Shown: one piece after another, positions 28,228-38,279 of the stretch | How the letters are laid out: each line of letters starts with the position of its first letter | Numbering within the stretch: position 1 is the stretch's first letter | Program-made: the position numbers and the translations under genes | The notes under the pieces: generated by a model | Database searches by the model: none | The model's input: the letters and a program-made list of their open reading frames with translations, nothing else | What the model was told of the DNA's origin: nothing | NCBI GenBank assembly: GCA_036012755.1 | Contig: DASCPX010000228.1 | Coordinates: 1 to 62,543, forward strand | Reading direction: 5' to 3' | Length of the DNA: 62,543 nt | Origin: Myxococcota bacterium | GTDB taxonomy: Bacteria; Myxococcota_A; UBA796; CAJQPC01

Positions 28228-29061
28228 ATGTCCTGGCTGATCGCAATGTCACTGAGGAACGCGCCGCCGGTCGCGGTACCGGACGCGCGACGCCACCTGG
28301 CCGTGTGGTGCGAGCCGACCTGCGAGGACGTCGGGGATCTTCGCGAGGCCCTCGGCGCAGCCAGGCGCCTGCCACGGCGGGCGACCACCAGCGTCGTGAC
28401 GGTCGAGGTCCTCCCCGCCGGCTTCCTCGGTGAGACCGAGGACGTCGGCGCCGGGTCGGACGAGGTCGTCGTGGTCCGCTTCGCTGGACCTGTTCCCGGT
28501 GCCTCCAGCCGCGTCTCCAGGGTCGAGCAGAGAGTCTTCGACTGGGCCTCTGGCCGCATGGTCGAGGACCTCGACGTCGGCGTGATCCTCGAGGAGCCCC
28601 CAGCCTCGCTGGAGTCCCGGGTCCACCTCCAGTGGAGCGAGGACGGCACCCGTGTCGTCACCCGGGGCCTGCGCGGGATCGGCCTGCATGACTACACGGT
28701 CGCGAACGTGCCTCCGGAGCTGGCGCCAGAGGTGGGGACCGTGCTCGTCTGGCTCGCGGCGCACGAACTGGACGACCCGCGCCCTTACGACGAGAGGACG
28801 CTCCGGGTGGAGGAGATCGGCAGCACGGAGTTGCGGGACTGGCTGGCCGCAGCCGTGTGGAAGTCGAACGATCTCGGTGTGATCCAGGCCGGAACCGGCG
28901 AAGGACGCGTCTCGCTCCGCAACTTCGTGCCGCTGGAAGGCGACCCGGTGGGGCCGCTCCTGGAGGTCGGCTTCGAGGGAGAGTACGCGGATCCGGCCAC
29001 GCTGGCGAGCTGGCTGGACCGGGTCTACGGCACTGGCTCGGGGTGGTCGGGCTCCCAGTGA
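28228..29061 (+). CDS. Hypothetical exported protein
   Basis: Long open frame divergent from ileS; TRGLRGIGL motif. Confidence 0.6.
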   Translation: MSWLIAMSLRNAPPVAVPDARRHLAVWCEPTCEDVGDLREALGAARRLPRRATTSVVTVEVLPAGFLGETEDVGAGSDEVVVVRFAGPVPGASSRVSRVEQRVFDWASGRMVEDLDVGVILEEPPASLESRVHLQWSEDGTRVVTRGLRGIGLHDYTVANVPPELAPEVGTVLVWLAAHELDDPRPYDERTLRVEEIGSTELRDWLAAAVWKSNDLGVIQAGTGEGRVSLRNFVPLEGDPVGPLLEVGFEGEYADPATLASWLDRVYGTGSGWSGSQ

Positions 29062-29068
29062 TCCGGGC

Positions 29069-29425
29069 TCACCGCCCCTTCAGCCGCCTCAACCGCCGAC
29101 GGTCCCGCCCGGTCGGCCGACCCAGGCCCCGTTCGCGGTCGTCCAGGGGGCTCTTTCGGGGCTCCGGTGGCGGGGTGTGGTCGACGTAGAGGGTCTGGGC
29201 GACGGCCGCTGGCCCGCGCTTGTCCGCGATGGCCACCACCTCCAGCGTGCGGCGCCCACTGGGCGCGAGGGCCTCGACGAAGTGACCCGAAACGACCTTC
29301 GCCGAGGCCTTCGCCGTCTTGCCGTCGATGCACACGTGCCCGGCATCGCAGGCCTTTTTCGCCTGGGTGCGAGTCTTGAACATGCGCGCGGCCCAGAGCC
29401 ACAAATCGACGCGGGTGGTGTCCAT
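29069..29425 (-). CDS. hslR: Ribosome-associated heat shock protein Hsp15 (S4 domain)
   Basis: RVDLWLWAARMFKTRTQA, RGPA..AQTLY, GRPTGRDRRRL. Confidence 0.92.
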   Translation of the reverse strand: MDTTRVDLWLWAARMFKTRTQAKKACDAGHVCIDGKTAKASAKVVSGHFVEALAPSGRRTLEVVAIADKRGPAAVAQTLYVDHTPPPEPRKSPLDDRERGLGRPTGRDRRRLRRLKGR

Positions 29426-29470
29426 CGTGCCAACCTGTCCACGGATCACGGCCAGGGTACCCTCGCCGCT

Positions 29471-30337
29471 GTGAACAGGACCATCACCGGCGTTCCGGGC
29501 GTCCTCGCCGGACACTGGACCCACGGCTCCGGGACCACCGGCTGCACAGTGCTCGTCTTCCCACGTGGTGCGACCGCGGGGGGCTGCGTACCCGGCAGCG
29601 CGCCGGGCAGCCGGGAGCTCGGGGTCCTCGACCCGACCCATGTCGCTGGCGAGGTCCACGCCTTCTGCCTCTCCGGGGGATCCGCCTTCGGCCTCGCCAC
29701 TGCAGACGGCGTGATGGCCCACCTCGCCGCGGCAGGCATCGGGTTCGACGCCATGGGCCACGTCGTGCCGATCGTGCCGACCGCCGTGCTCTTCGATCTC
29801 GCCGTCGGCCGGGCGCGACCGGATGCACGCGCTGGGCGCTCCGCGGCGGAGGGGGCGTCAGGTGAGCCCCTTCCGGAAGGACGGGTGGGCGCCGGAGCGG
29901 GGGCGACGGTCGCCAAGGCCACCGGAACACCCCTGCCCGGCGGCCTCGGCAGCTCCCTTCGCCAGTGCCTGGGCTTCCGCCTCGGCGCGATCGCAGCCGT
30001 CAACGCCTTCGGCAGCGTGCGCGATCCCGACAGCGGAGCCTGGCTCGCTGGCGGACCTCCTGGTGAGCCTGCGCTCGGCGGAGACTGGCGAGGAAACACC
30101 TCGCTCGTCGCGGTCGCGACCGACGCGCCGCTGAGCCGACCCCAGGCGACCATCGTCGCCCGCATGAGCCAGGCTGGACTGGCCCGCTGCCTCTACCCGG
30201 CCTTCGCGGCGGTCGACGGCGACACGGTGTTTGTCGCCTCGACCGGGAAGACCGGCGCCGTCGATGCCCTCGCCCTCACCCGCATCGGGCACGAGGCGGC
30301 CCTCGCCGTGGCCGAGGCCATCGTTCGCGCGTTCTAG
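29471..30337 (+). CDS. P1 (DmpA/S58) family peptidase
   Basis: ITGVPGVLAGH, TGCTV, GSAPGSRE, LSGGSAFGL, VGAGAGA, GNTS, DGDTVF. Confidence 0.9.
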   Translation: MNRTITGVPGVLAGHWTHGSGTTGCTVLVFPRGATAGGCVPGSAPGSRELGVLDPTHVAGEVHAFCLSGGSAFGLATADGVMAHLAAAGIGFDAMGHVVPIVPTAVLFDLAVGRARPDARAGRSAAEGASGEPLPEGRVGAGAGATVAKATGTPLPGGLGSSLRQCLGFRLGAIAAVNAFGSVRDPDSGAWLAGGPPGEPALGGDWRGNTSLVAVATDAPLSRPQATIVARMSQAGLARCLYPAFAAVDGDTVFVASTGKTGAVDALALTRIGHEAALAVAEAIVRAF

Positions 30338-30343
30338 CTACGA

Positions 30344-31171
30344 TCAGCCCCCCAGCTGGGCGGCTGCCTTGGCGAACTCCTCGGCGCGCTTCTCCTCGGT
30401 CACCTGGCTCGACTTCTCCCGAAGCATCGGCCCCACGGAGGTGTCGCCGAGCTTCGCCAGCGCCCTCGCGGAGAGCACGGCGACGTCGACGTCGGGGTCG
30501 TCGAGGCGGGCGATGAGCGGGTCACGGTCGACCGCCAGCGGGGACTCACCGAGGCCGCGAGCGATCTCCTCTCTGAGCTTCTCGTCATCCATGTTCTCCA
30601 GGCCCGCGTGGACCAGGGCCCGGGTCGACTCGTCGCCCAGCCGGATGAGCGCCCGGTAGCTCGCGTAGCGAGTCTTGTCGTCGGTGTCCTCTGCCCCGGC
30701 GAGCAGGGCGTCCTGCTGGTCGGCCCAGCCACGCTTGCCGATGATGATCGCGGCCTTGCGCCGGACGCCGATGTCCTCGTCGTTGGCGAGCGCGTACCCC
30801 ACGGTCGCGCTGAAGCTCGAGGGCCCGGTCTTCTCGAGGATCACGAGGGCCTTGCTCCGCTGCCCCTTGTCGCTGTCGTTCCGAACGACGTAGTCGCAGA
30901 CCGTGTACAGCTCGTCAGGGCGGATCGCTTCGAGGGCCACCAGCGCCTTCTTGCGCACGGCGACCTCCGGATCGCTCTTGACCAGCTCGATGAGCTTGGG
31001 CGCTGCGTCGACGACTACGCGTCGCTGGATCTCGACCGCGGCATCCACCCGGATGTCACGCTCCGAGCTGTCGAGCGCCTCGACCAGCTCGGCGTTGCTG
31101 GCCGACTTGGCCTTGAACGCGAGCGCCGGGCCGGATGCCAGGGCGAGGAACAGGAACCAGTGCATGTTCAC
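30344..31171 (-). CDS. Exported HEAT-repeat protein
   Basis: RBS GGAGG; Sec signal (ALA-F); repeated D....VR..A..AL units. Confidence 0.85.
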   Translation of the reverse strand: MNMHWFLFLALASGPALAFKAKSASNAELVEALDSSERDIRVDAAVEIQRRVVVDAAPKLIELVKSDPEVAVRKKALVALEAIRPDELYTVCDYVVRNDSDKGQRSKALVILEKTGPSSFSATVGYALANDEDIGVRRKAAIIIGKRGWADQQDALLAGAEDTDDKTRYASYRALIRLGDESTRALVHAGLENMDDEKLREEIARGLGESPLAVDRDPLIARLDDPDVDVAVLSARALAKLGDTSVGPMLREKSSQVTEEKRAEEFAKAAAQLGG

Positions 31172-31220
31172 CTCCGCCGCTCATCTACCACGCCCGGCGG
31201 CACTTGCGTTAGAGGCCGCA

Positions 31221-31958
31221 ATGCTCCTGCTCATCGCCTGTACGGCCAAGACCCCACCCGAGCCCGCGCCCCAGACCGCGCCCGAACCCGAGGCCGAAGC
31301 GGTCGCCGCGGGTCCGACGACGACCGAGCGGTGGCCATCGGTGGTCGACCTCGACGGCGAGCCCGTCCTCGCCAGTTGGGACGACGGGGACACGTTCTCG
31401 AGCCCGCGAGAGGACCAGGACCCCATGAGAGCACGCCTCTCCGGCTACAACACCCTGGAGTCCTACGGGCCGGTGCACCGGTGGGGCGACTGGGACGCGG
31501 CGGAGCTCTACCTCCTGAGCAAAGAGGCTGGACAGCTCGCGGGCTCCAAGGTGTGGGAGTGCTACGACACCGGCCACGGCGGCGGCTACGGGCGCTCCCA
31601 GGTGGACTGCCCGGAGCTACGCCAGGAGCTGCTCCGACGTGGCCTCGCCCACAGCTTCGTGATGGATGGCGAGGCCCTCCCTGACGACCTGGCTGCGCAG
31701 CAGGAGGCGATACGCTCCGGGGCCGGGATGTGGGCGCGAGGCACGCCCGAGTGGCTGACGACCAGCATCCACTCAAAGGGCGAAGGCAAGGACCGGACCT
31801 ACAACCGGGTCGTGAGCACCGCCGACGGCCACTCCGAGGAGCGCACGCACGAGGAGACCTACGAGCCCTGCAGCGAGGTCTGCCCGGTGGATTCCTGCAT
31901 GATCTACGTGCCCTACGCCCAGCGCTATGGGGACGACCGAGCCGTGTGCCTTCGCTGA
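31221..31958 (+). CDS. Thermonuclease (SNase-like) lipoprotein
   Basis: MLLLIAC; DGDT, RLSGYNTLE, YGR, ELLRRGLA, QQEA....AGMW. Confidence 0.75.
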   Translation: MLLLIACTAKTPPEPAPQTAPEPEAEAVAAGPTTTERWPSVVDLDGEPVLASWDDGDTFSSPREDQDPMRARLSGYNTLESYGPVHRWGDWDAAELYLLSKEAGQLAGSKVWECYDTGHGGGYGRSQVDCPELRQELLRRGLAHSFVMDGEALPDDLAAQQEAIRSGAGMWARGTPEWLTTSIHSKGEGKDRTYNRVVSTADGHSEERTHEETYEPCSEVCPVDSCMIYVPYAQRYGDDRAVCLR

Positions 31959-31959
31959 C

Positions 31960-32514
31960 TCAGTGAACGAGCCCCGCGCCCGCCTGGCCTCCGGAGCGCG
32001 AGATCCTGAGGCTGAGGCCCTGGAAACGGGACCTCGACCACCAACCGCCGAGACCGCCAGGACGCGGATAGCCCTCGTCAGCGGTGCGGATCATCACCGG
32101 CATCTCCTCGTGGAGGCTGGCATCGCGCACGATGCGCAGAGCGTTCCACCAGCGGCCGTCGGGCCACTCGACGAAGACGCAGAGGCCCGGGAGTCGCTCT
32201 CGATCCCGGCCGCGGGCGACGCCGAGGACACCAACGATCGCCACGACCTCTACGCCCGCCTGGCCCGCGACCGCAGCGGTGAAGGCGTGCACGTCTCCGC
32301 CGCTTTGGACGATGCCAGGCAGATCGTAGCGCTCGACGAGCTCGTCCCGGATGCCCAGGATGCAGGGTCGCGGCAGCTTGCCCTGCTCCCTGACCACGCC
32401 CTCGATGAGCTGATAGAGCGACCGCCCGAGCGCGTCCATCTCGCTCGGGAAGCGTTCCGGATCGCGGGGTCCGTACGCGACGCGCGTGCGGACAGTGACG
32501 CTCTTGGGAGGCAT
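31960..32514 (-). CDS. Hypothetical protein
   Basis: Open frame downstream of tsaC; alternative start 32535. Confidence 0.65.
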   Translation of the reverse strand: MPPKSVTVRTRVAYGPRDPERFPSEMDALGRSLYQLIEGVVREQGKLPRPCILGIRDELVERYDLPGIVQSGGDVHAFTAAVAGQAGVEVVAIVGVLGVARGRDRERLPGLCVFVEWPDGRWWNALRIVRDASLHEEMPVMIRTADEGYPRPGGLGGWWSRSRFQGLSLRISRSGGQAGAGLVH

Positions 32515-32534
32515 TGCGGGCGAAGCTAAAAGCA

Positions 32535-33080
32535 TCAGTCGAGGTCTGCAAGAAGGCGCTCGACCCTATGGGCGAGAGCTCCGCGACGCAAGATCCGCCG
32601 AGCGGCCACGTGGACGATGGTGGACTGCTCGGCGAAAGACAGGGCCCCGACGTCGACCACGGCGTCCACATCGAAGCTCGGGGCCTCCCTCGGTGGAGGC
32701 TCTCCGTGCAGGTTCGCCGATGTCGAGGTGATCGGTCCCACGGCCTCGACCAGCGAGGCACAGACCGGGTGGCCGGACCAGCGCACGCCGACGGTTCCGT
32801 CGGGAGCGAGGACCTCGTCCGCGACGCCTGGCCACCCCGGGACCACCAGCGTGACGGGCCCCGGCCATAGCTCGGACGCCAGCTGGCGCGCCTCCCCGTC
32901 CAGCCACTCGATGCCCTCCACGAGGACGATCAGCGGCTGCAGCGGGCGCCCCTTCAGGACGGCGATGCGGTCGGCGGAGGCCCCATCCGAGGCTCGCCCG
33001 CCCAGGCCGTAGACGGTCTCGGTCGGGTAGCAGACGACTCCCCCGGGACGTCGAAGCGCGTCGACCGCAGCCGCGATCAA
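32535..33080 (-). CDS. tsaC: L-threonylcarbamoyladenylate synthase (Sua5/YrdC)
   Basis: YPTETVYGLG, KGRP..PL, WPGPVT, TSTSANLHG; TTG start overlapping the purE stop. Confidence 0.92.
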   Translation of the reverse strand: MIAAAVDALRRPGGVVCYPTETVYGLGGRASDGASADRIAVLKGRPLQPLIVLVEGIEWLDGEARQLASELWPGPVTLVVPGWPGVADEVLAPDGTVGVRWSGHPVCASLVEAVGPITSTSANLHGEPPPREAPSFDVDAVVDVGALSFAEQSTIVHVAARRILRRGALAHRVERLLADLD

Positions 33081-33562
33081 CCCTGGATCTCCGCGTCCGC
33101 CGCGAGGACGGCCTGGGTCATCGCCTCCCGAGCTCGCAGATGCCGGGCGCGAACGTCCGGGTCGGACACTGCCAGGATTCGGACGGCCAGCCAGGCCGCG
33201 TTCTTCGCGCCGGCCTTGCCGACGGCGACGGTCGCCACGGGCACGCCAGGGGGCATCTGGACCGTCGCGAGCAGGCTGTCGAAGCCCCCCAGCGATGCCC
33301 CCAGCGGGACCCCGATCACCGGCAGCGGTGACACGCCTGCCATGACACCGGCGAGGTGGGCCGCCATGCCAGCGCCCGCGATGATGACAGCGAGCCCACG
33401 CTGCTCCGCGGTCGCCGCGTAGTCGTGGGCCTGCTCTGGAGTCCGATGGGCGGACAGGATGCGCATCTCCCACCCGATGGCCATCTGGTCGAGCACCGCG
33501 GCCGCCGCCTCCATCACCGGGAGGTCCGACTTGCTGCCCATGACGATGCCGACGCGGATCAT
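33077..33562 (-). CDS. purE: N5-carboxyaminoimidazole ribonucleotide mutase
   Basis: GIVMGSKSD, SAHRTP, AGAGMAAHL, QMPPGVPVATV. Confidence 0.97.
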   Translation of the reverse strand: MIRVGIVMGSKSDLPVMEAAAAVLDQMAIGWEMRILSAHRTPEQAHDYAATAEQRGLAVIIAGAGMAAHLAGVMAGVSPLPVIGVPLGASLGGFDSLLATVQMPPGVPVATVAVGKAGAKNAAWLAVRILAVSDPDVRARHLRAREAMTQAVLAADAEIQG

Positions 33563-34803
33563 GCCTTCTCCCTGGCGAGCGCCTTGCTCGCGATGTCCCG
33601 GCGCCAGCTCGCGCCTTCGAAGTGGATGCGCTCGACAGCCGCGTAGGCCCTCTCGCGCGCCTCGCGGACGCTCGCGCCACGAGCGGTGACTCCTAGCACG
33701 CGGCCCCCGCTCGTGACGATGCGGCCGCCGAGACGGCGAGTCCCGGCTTGGAAGACGACGACGTCCTCGCTGTCCTCCAGCCCGGAGATGGAGTGTCCCT
33801 TCTCGTAGTTGCCCGGGTACCCGCCGCTGACCATGACGACACAGCAGGTCGCGCCCGGACGGAGACGCAGCGGGCGCTCCTCCAGCTCGCCGCGGGCGCA
33901 TGCGAGGAGCAGGGGCACCAGGTCCTCGTCGAGCAGCATGAGGACCGGCTGACACTCGGGATCGCCAAAGCGGACGTTGAACTCGAGGACCTTCGGGCCC
34001 TCCGCCGTGACCATCAGACCCGCGTAGAGCACGCCGCGGAAGGGCATGCCCTCGGCCTTCATCCCAGCCAGCGTCGGTCGGATGACCTGCTCTGCCGCCG
34101 TCGCGAGGAGCTCGGCCGTGCCGACCGGGGCGGGAGCGTAGGCCCCCATGCCGCCAGTGTTCGGGCCCTCGTCCCCGTCGAAGCGGCGCTTGTGGTCCTG
34201 GGCAGGAGGCAGCAGCAGGAAGCGCTCGCCGTCGCAGAGGGCGAGCACGCTGAGTTCCTCGCCGACCAGGAGCTCCTCCAGCAGGACCCGACCACCGCCG
34301 ATGCCCCCCTCGAACACCCGGTTGACGGCGGCATGGGCCGCGGCCTCGTTCGAGCAGACGAAGACGCCCTTTCCGGCGGCGAGACCATCGGCCTTGACGA
34401 CGCAGGGGCCGTCGATTGCTGCGTGGGCGCTGGCGGCGTCCTCGTAGCAGCTCCAGGCTGCGGTCGGGATGCCGTGCCGGTCCATGAAGTCCTTCGCGAA
34501 GCGCTTGCTGGCCTCCAACCGAGCCGCGGCCGCGGAGGGACCGAAGGCGAGCACGCCCAACTCGGCGCAGCGGTCGACGAGGCCCTCTGCCAGGGGTGCC
34601 TCCGGTCCGACGATCACGAGATCCGCGCCGAGTGCGGCTGCCTCCACGGCGACGTCGCCACGCGGAAGGGTGGAGCTGCCCGCAGGGAAGCCCGGACCGG
34701 GGTTCGTCAGCCACAGGCGCCCGACCAGCGGACTCTGGCGGATCTTCCAAGCGAGAGCAGCCTCTCGGCCACCGCCTCCGACGATGACGACCGTGATATT
34801 CAC
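33559..34803 (-). CDS. purD: Phosphoribosylamine--glycine ligase
   Basis: GGGGRE, VGPEAPL, KADGLAAGKGV, QDHKR, GPNTGGMGAY, EFNVRFGDPE, GGRVL. Confidence 0.97.
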   Translation of the reverse strand: MNITVVIVGGGGREAALAWKIRQSPLVGRLWLTNPGPGFPAGSSTLPRGDVAVEAAALGADLVIVGPEAPLAEGLVDRCAELGVLAFGPSAAAARLEASKRFAKDFMDRHGIPTAAWSCYEDAASAHAAIDGPCVVKADGLAAGKGVFVCSNEAAAHAAVNRVFEGGIGGGRVLLEELLVGEELSVLALCDGERFLLLPPAQDHKRRFDGDEGPNTGGMGAYAPAPVGTAELLATAAEQVIRPTLAGMKAEGMPFRGVLYAGLMVTAEGPKVLEFNVRFGDPECQPVLMLLDEDLVPLLLACARGELEERPLRLRPGATCCVVMVSGGYPGNYEKGHSISGLEDSEDVVVFQAGTRRLGGRIVTSGGRVLGVTARGASVREARERAYAAVERIHFEGASWRRDIASKALAREKA

Positions 34804-34822
34804 AGCTCCTCCGACAGCGCAG

Positions 34823-37222
34823 CTACTCGGGGCTCTCCTGGAGCGCAAGGAGCTGGGCCCGACTGACGACATCGCGCTCGTCGGCCTGGACGGCCTCCAT
34901 GGCCATTGCAACGGCTTCGTCACGTTTGCCGAGGGCCACCAGCGCTGTTGCGTTGCGGCGGTGGATGCCGTCGAGCCCGACGCCGTGCTTGTGGGCGTTC
35001 TTGAAGTCCCGCTCAGAGTCGGTCTCATTGCCGAGCTGGGCGTGGGCGAGCCCGCGCAGGCTCAACAGGACGGGCTGGACCGAGTCGTTCGCCAGCGCGC
35101 GGTCCAGGTTCTCCATAGCCTCGCTGGGGCGTCCCCTGTGCATGCCCAGCCAGGCCATGTAGCTCTGGGCGGCCGTGTTGCTGGAGTCATTCCGGAGTCC
35201 GTCCCCGACCAGCGTGAGGGCCTTGTCGCAGGATCGACCCTCGGTGACACAGGCTTGGGTGAGCAGCGACCCGCGAGCCAGGGGGAGCTGGGTGGAGAGT
35301 GCGTCCCCAGGGGAGATGGCCCGAGTCAGGGTGCGCTCGAAGGCGAGCAGGTCGAAGGGTTCGATGGGGATGAGCTCGACGGGGTCGCAGCTGTTGTCCA
35401 GCTCGAGGTCCATCGTCCAGGTCGACTGCACTGCGTCTACGGCGCTGTTGGGGTTCTCGAGCACCAGGAAGGAGCGAGCCAGCTCGAAGCAGGCGATCGG
35501 CCACTCCGGATCCGCGTTCCGCGCCGCCTCGAGCTCGTAGTGTGCGGGACGCGTCCGCCCCATCGAGGTGTAGAAGCGGGCAGCTTCGACGTGGTACCGG
35601 GCCAGGTCTCGGCCCTCGATCGAGGTGATGTCCGCGAGCTTCAGCGCGTCTTCGGCGGACGACTCGTCGCCCGATGCCTGGTAGGCGAGGGCCAGCGCCA
35701 GCTGCCCCGGAGGCCACCCCGCCTCGAGCTCGGCGAGTTCCCTGGCCCAGGTCAAGGCGTCCTCGTTGTGGCCGGACTCCCGCGCTGCGATGCTGGCAGG
35801 AAGGAGGACTCGGACGCGGTCGGTGCGCGAACCCGCCACGCCAGCTTCGGTGGCGGGCTTCAGCACGTCGTATGCACCTTTGGCGTCGTGCTTGTGGTGG
35901 AGGAGCAGCTCGCCCACCAGCAACCGGGCCGAGTAGGCTCCCTCGCTGTCGAGGCGGATGCTGGTCCGTCCGGCCCCGATGGCTTCGTCGTATGCGCCGA
36001 TCTCGCGGTGGTAGCGCCCCAACAGCGCGTGGATGTCGGGGTCCTCGGGGTAGCGGCTGGCGAAGGCCTCCAGCGGCGCCCGGGCCTTGTGGTACTGGAA
36101 GGTCTCCAGCGCGGACCAACCAAGGGACAGGTCGACCACGGGGGCATCGCCCATCGTCTCCTTCGACTTCGACAGCGCCTTCTCCGCTGCGTCGTAGCGG
36201 TGGAGCTCGGTGAGCGCCTTGCCGAGGTACCAGAGGCAGACCCCGTCGTCCGGAACTGCCTCCAGGCATAGCCTCGAGCGGCTCTCGGCGTCGGTCCACG
36301 CCTCGGTCATGATCGACATGCCAGCCTGGGCCTGCATCACGGCGGGGTGGGAGGCGTCGATCTTGTTGGCCCGCTCGTAGAGGGCCAGAGAGCGGGTGTT
36401 GTAGCGGGAGTCCTCGTCGCGCAGCTGGGCGTAGACCACCGCCAGACCGGCGAGGGCCTCGACGCTCTGGTCGTCTGCTGCGACCGCGTACTCGAACTCG
36501 CGCTGGGCCTGCGCCCAGCCGGCTCGCGTACCTTGGAGCAGGCCCAGGCGCCCCAGGGCGATGCGCTCCTCGACGCCGCCGCTGGCATCGGGCCACTCGG
36601 CCTTGATCTCGGCGATGACCTCCTTCCCGGGGAGCCCGATGTTCCTCTGGAACTCCTCCTCGGCGACGTCGGGATCGAAGGCCTTGCGGATCTTCAGGAT
36701 CCAGTCGTCGACGACCTCGCCCCCCTCCGACTGGACGGCCTCGACCGCCTCGTCGCTGACAAGCTCGATGCCGCTGGTGTAGAGCGCGACGGGAATGGCC
36801 ACGACGGCGAGCACGACACCGACCTTCATCAGGGTGCGGGCGGTCTCACGCCGTTCGCGACTGGCGCGAGCCCCCTTGGTGCGCTTTCGATCTGCCAGGA
36901 CCTCCTCGAACCTCGGGTCTCCAGGGATGAAATAGCCACTGAAGTCGGGGTCCTGGTCGACCCGGGTCCACTCGCGCCCAGAGGTGATCCGGTCCTCGCC
37001 ACGCAAGAGCCCCTTCTTGATCTGTTCGATGACCTGATCCGGGGTCAACGGGCCCTCGGAACGTCCGCCCCGCTTGATGCGATAGCTGGTGGAGAGGGGG
37101 CCGCCGCCGCCGTGCTCGTCCCAGCAGGCACCACAGACGGGGATCTGCTGGCCGGGGATCTCCTCCATGTCTGCGCCACAGCTGAAGCAAAAGGTTCGGG
37201 CCATCTGGCCGGCCTCCAGCAA
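34823..37222 (-). CDS. Membrane-anchored TPR protein with N-terminal zinc ribbon and GYF_2-like domain
   Basis: CFSC..CGAC, GPLT...I..G.L...D.I...W, one TM, many TPR-like helices. Confidence 0.8.
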   Translation of the reverse strand: MLEAGQMARTFCFSCGADMEEIPGQQIPVCGACWDEHGGGGPLSTSYRIKRGGRSEGPLTPDQVIEQIKKGLLRGEDRITSGREWTRVDQDPDFSGYFIPGDPRFEEVLADRKRTKGARASRERRETARTLMKVGVVLAVVAIPVALYTSGIELVSDEAVEAVQSEGGEVVDDWILKIRKAFDPDVAEEEFQRNIGLPGKEVIAEIKAEWPDASGGVEERIALGRLGLLQGTRAGWAQAQREFEYAVAADDQSVEALAGLAVVYAQLRDEDSRYNTRSLALYERANKIDASHPAVMQAQAGMSIMTEAWTDAESRSRLCLEAVPDDGVCLWYLGKALTELHRYDAAEKALSKSKETMGDAPVVDLSLGWSALETFQYHKARAPLEAFASRYPEDPDIHALLGRYHREIGAYDEAIGAGRTSIRLDSEGAYSARLLVGELLLHHKHDAKGAYDVLKPATEAGVAGSRTDRVRVLLPASIAARESGHNEDALTWARELAELEAGWPPGQLALALAYQASGDESSAEDALKLADITSIEGRDLARYHVEAARFYTSMGRTRPAHYELEAARNADPEWPIACFELARSFLVLENPNSAVDAVQSTWTMDLELDNSCDPVELIPIEPFDLLAFERTLTRAISPGDALSTQLPLARGSLLTQACVTEGRSCDKALTLVGDGLRNDSSNTAAQSYMAWLGMHRGRPSEAMENLDRALANDSVQPVLLSLRGLAHAQLGNETDSERDFKNAHKHGVGLDGIHRRNATALVALGKRDEAVAMAMEAVQADERDVVSRAQLLALQESPE

Positions 37223-37296
37223 GGCGCCACTCTACACGCGTTCGCATTTCCGAATGCTTTACGGCCCGTCTCCCGAGGCGGTGATACAGGGCGCGC

Positions 37297-37728
37297 ATGC
37301 GCACTTTCACGTTCTCTACCGTCCTCCTCTGTGGCCTCGTCGCTTGCGGCGGCGGTGACCCAGCTCCAACCCCTCCGCTCGCGAAGGAAGAGCCCGCGCC
37401 GGCGCCGGCGACGAACATCAGGATCGAGCCGGTGGCAGCTGCCTTCGACGCGAAGGTCACCTTCGAGACCGTCTGCGGCGCCTGCCACGGCCTGACCGGC
37501 GCCGGTGACGGCCCTGCAGGAGAGGTGCTCGATCCGAAGCCGTCGAGCTTCGCCGACGCCGCCTTCTGGACGGACGAGCGCGACGACGCCTACCTGGCAA
37601 AGGTCATCACGGAGGGAGGCGCTTCGGTAGGCAAGAGCCCGCTGATGGCGCCCTTCGGCGGCCAGTTCGACGAGGCCCAGGTCGCGGCCTTGGTCGAGCA
37701 CGTGAAGAGCTTCAAGCCCGCAGAATAG
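37297..37728 (+). CDS. Monoheme cytochrome c lipoprotein
   Basis: LVAC lipobox; CGACH; GDGPA; distal Met in SPLMAPF. Confidence 0.9.
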   Translation: MRTFTFSTVLLCGLVACGGGDPAPTPPLAKEEPAPAPATNIRIEPVAAAFDAKVTFETVCGACHGLTGAGDGPAGEVLDPKPSSFADAAFWTDERDDAYLAKVITEGGASVGKSPLMAPFGGQFDEAQVAALVEHVKSFKPAE

Positions 37729-37748
37729 CGGCGGCCGACGGCCGGAAC

Positions 37749-38279
37749 TCAGTCGGGACGGCAGGCCTCGGCCCGGCGGCGGCGTGCCCTGACGGCTGTC
37801 ACCGCGAGCGTCGTGTCGACGAGCTCCTCGGCCTCCTCCAGGGGGGCCTGCTCGTCCCGGAGCAGCCGCGCGACCTCACGACGATCCACGAGCTGGCGAG
37901 CGCGGAGCTCGACCTCCATCCAGTCCGCCGCCGAACCCGCTTCGTACTCCGACGCCTCCCGGACCCGCGCCGAGGCCGCAGCGGCCCGCCGGCGGTTGCT
38001 CGCGTTCGCGTCGGCGTCGCGGTGGACCTCGCCAGTGCGCATGTCCTCGAGCCCCCCGACGCTGCGTCGGCTGTAGGCGTTCCGACTCGCCACGGCGGCC
38101 TCGCGCCGACCATATGCCTCCTGGAGCTCCGCCCGCGCCGCGGAGAGCTTGGAAGACTCCACGTCCGCAACGCGCTCGTAGTAGGCGACGGTCTCGTACC
38201 AGGCAGCGTCCGCCTCCTGCTCGGCCTGGCTGCACAGGCTCTTCCGGCTCGGCCCACAGGCCAACAGGAGCCAGATCAT
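37749..38279 (-). CDS. Hypothetical helical lipoprotein
   Basis: MIWLLLAC start, ATGA overlap. Confidence 0.65.
   Translation of the reverse strand: MIWLLLACGPSRKSLCSQAEQEADAAWYETVAYYERVADVESSKLSAARAELQEAYGRREAAVASRNAYSRRSVGGLEDMRTGEVHRDADANASNRRRAAAASARVREASEYEAGSAADWMEVELRARQLVDRREVARLLRDEQAPLEEAEELVDTTLAVTAVRARRRRAEACRPD

Noticed and set aside
30344..31958. Anti-phage defence pair (nuclease plus HEAT repeat)
   Set aside because: The genes are divergent and both carry export signals; no defence-system hallmarks are present.
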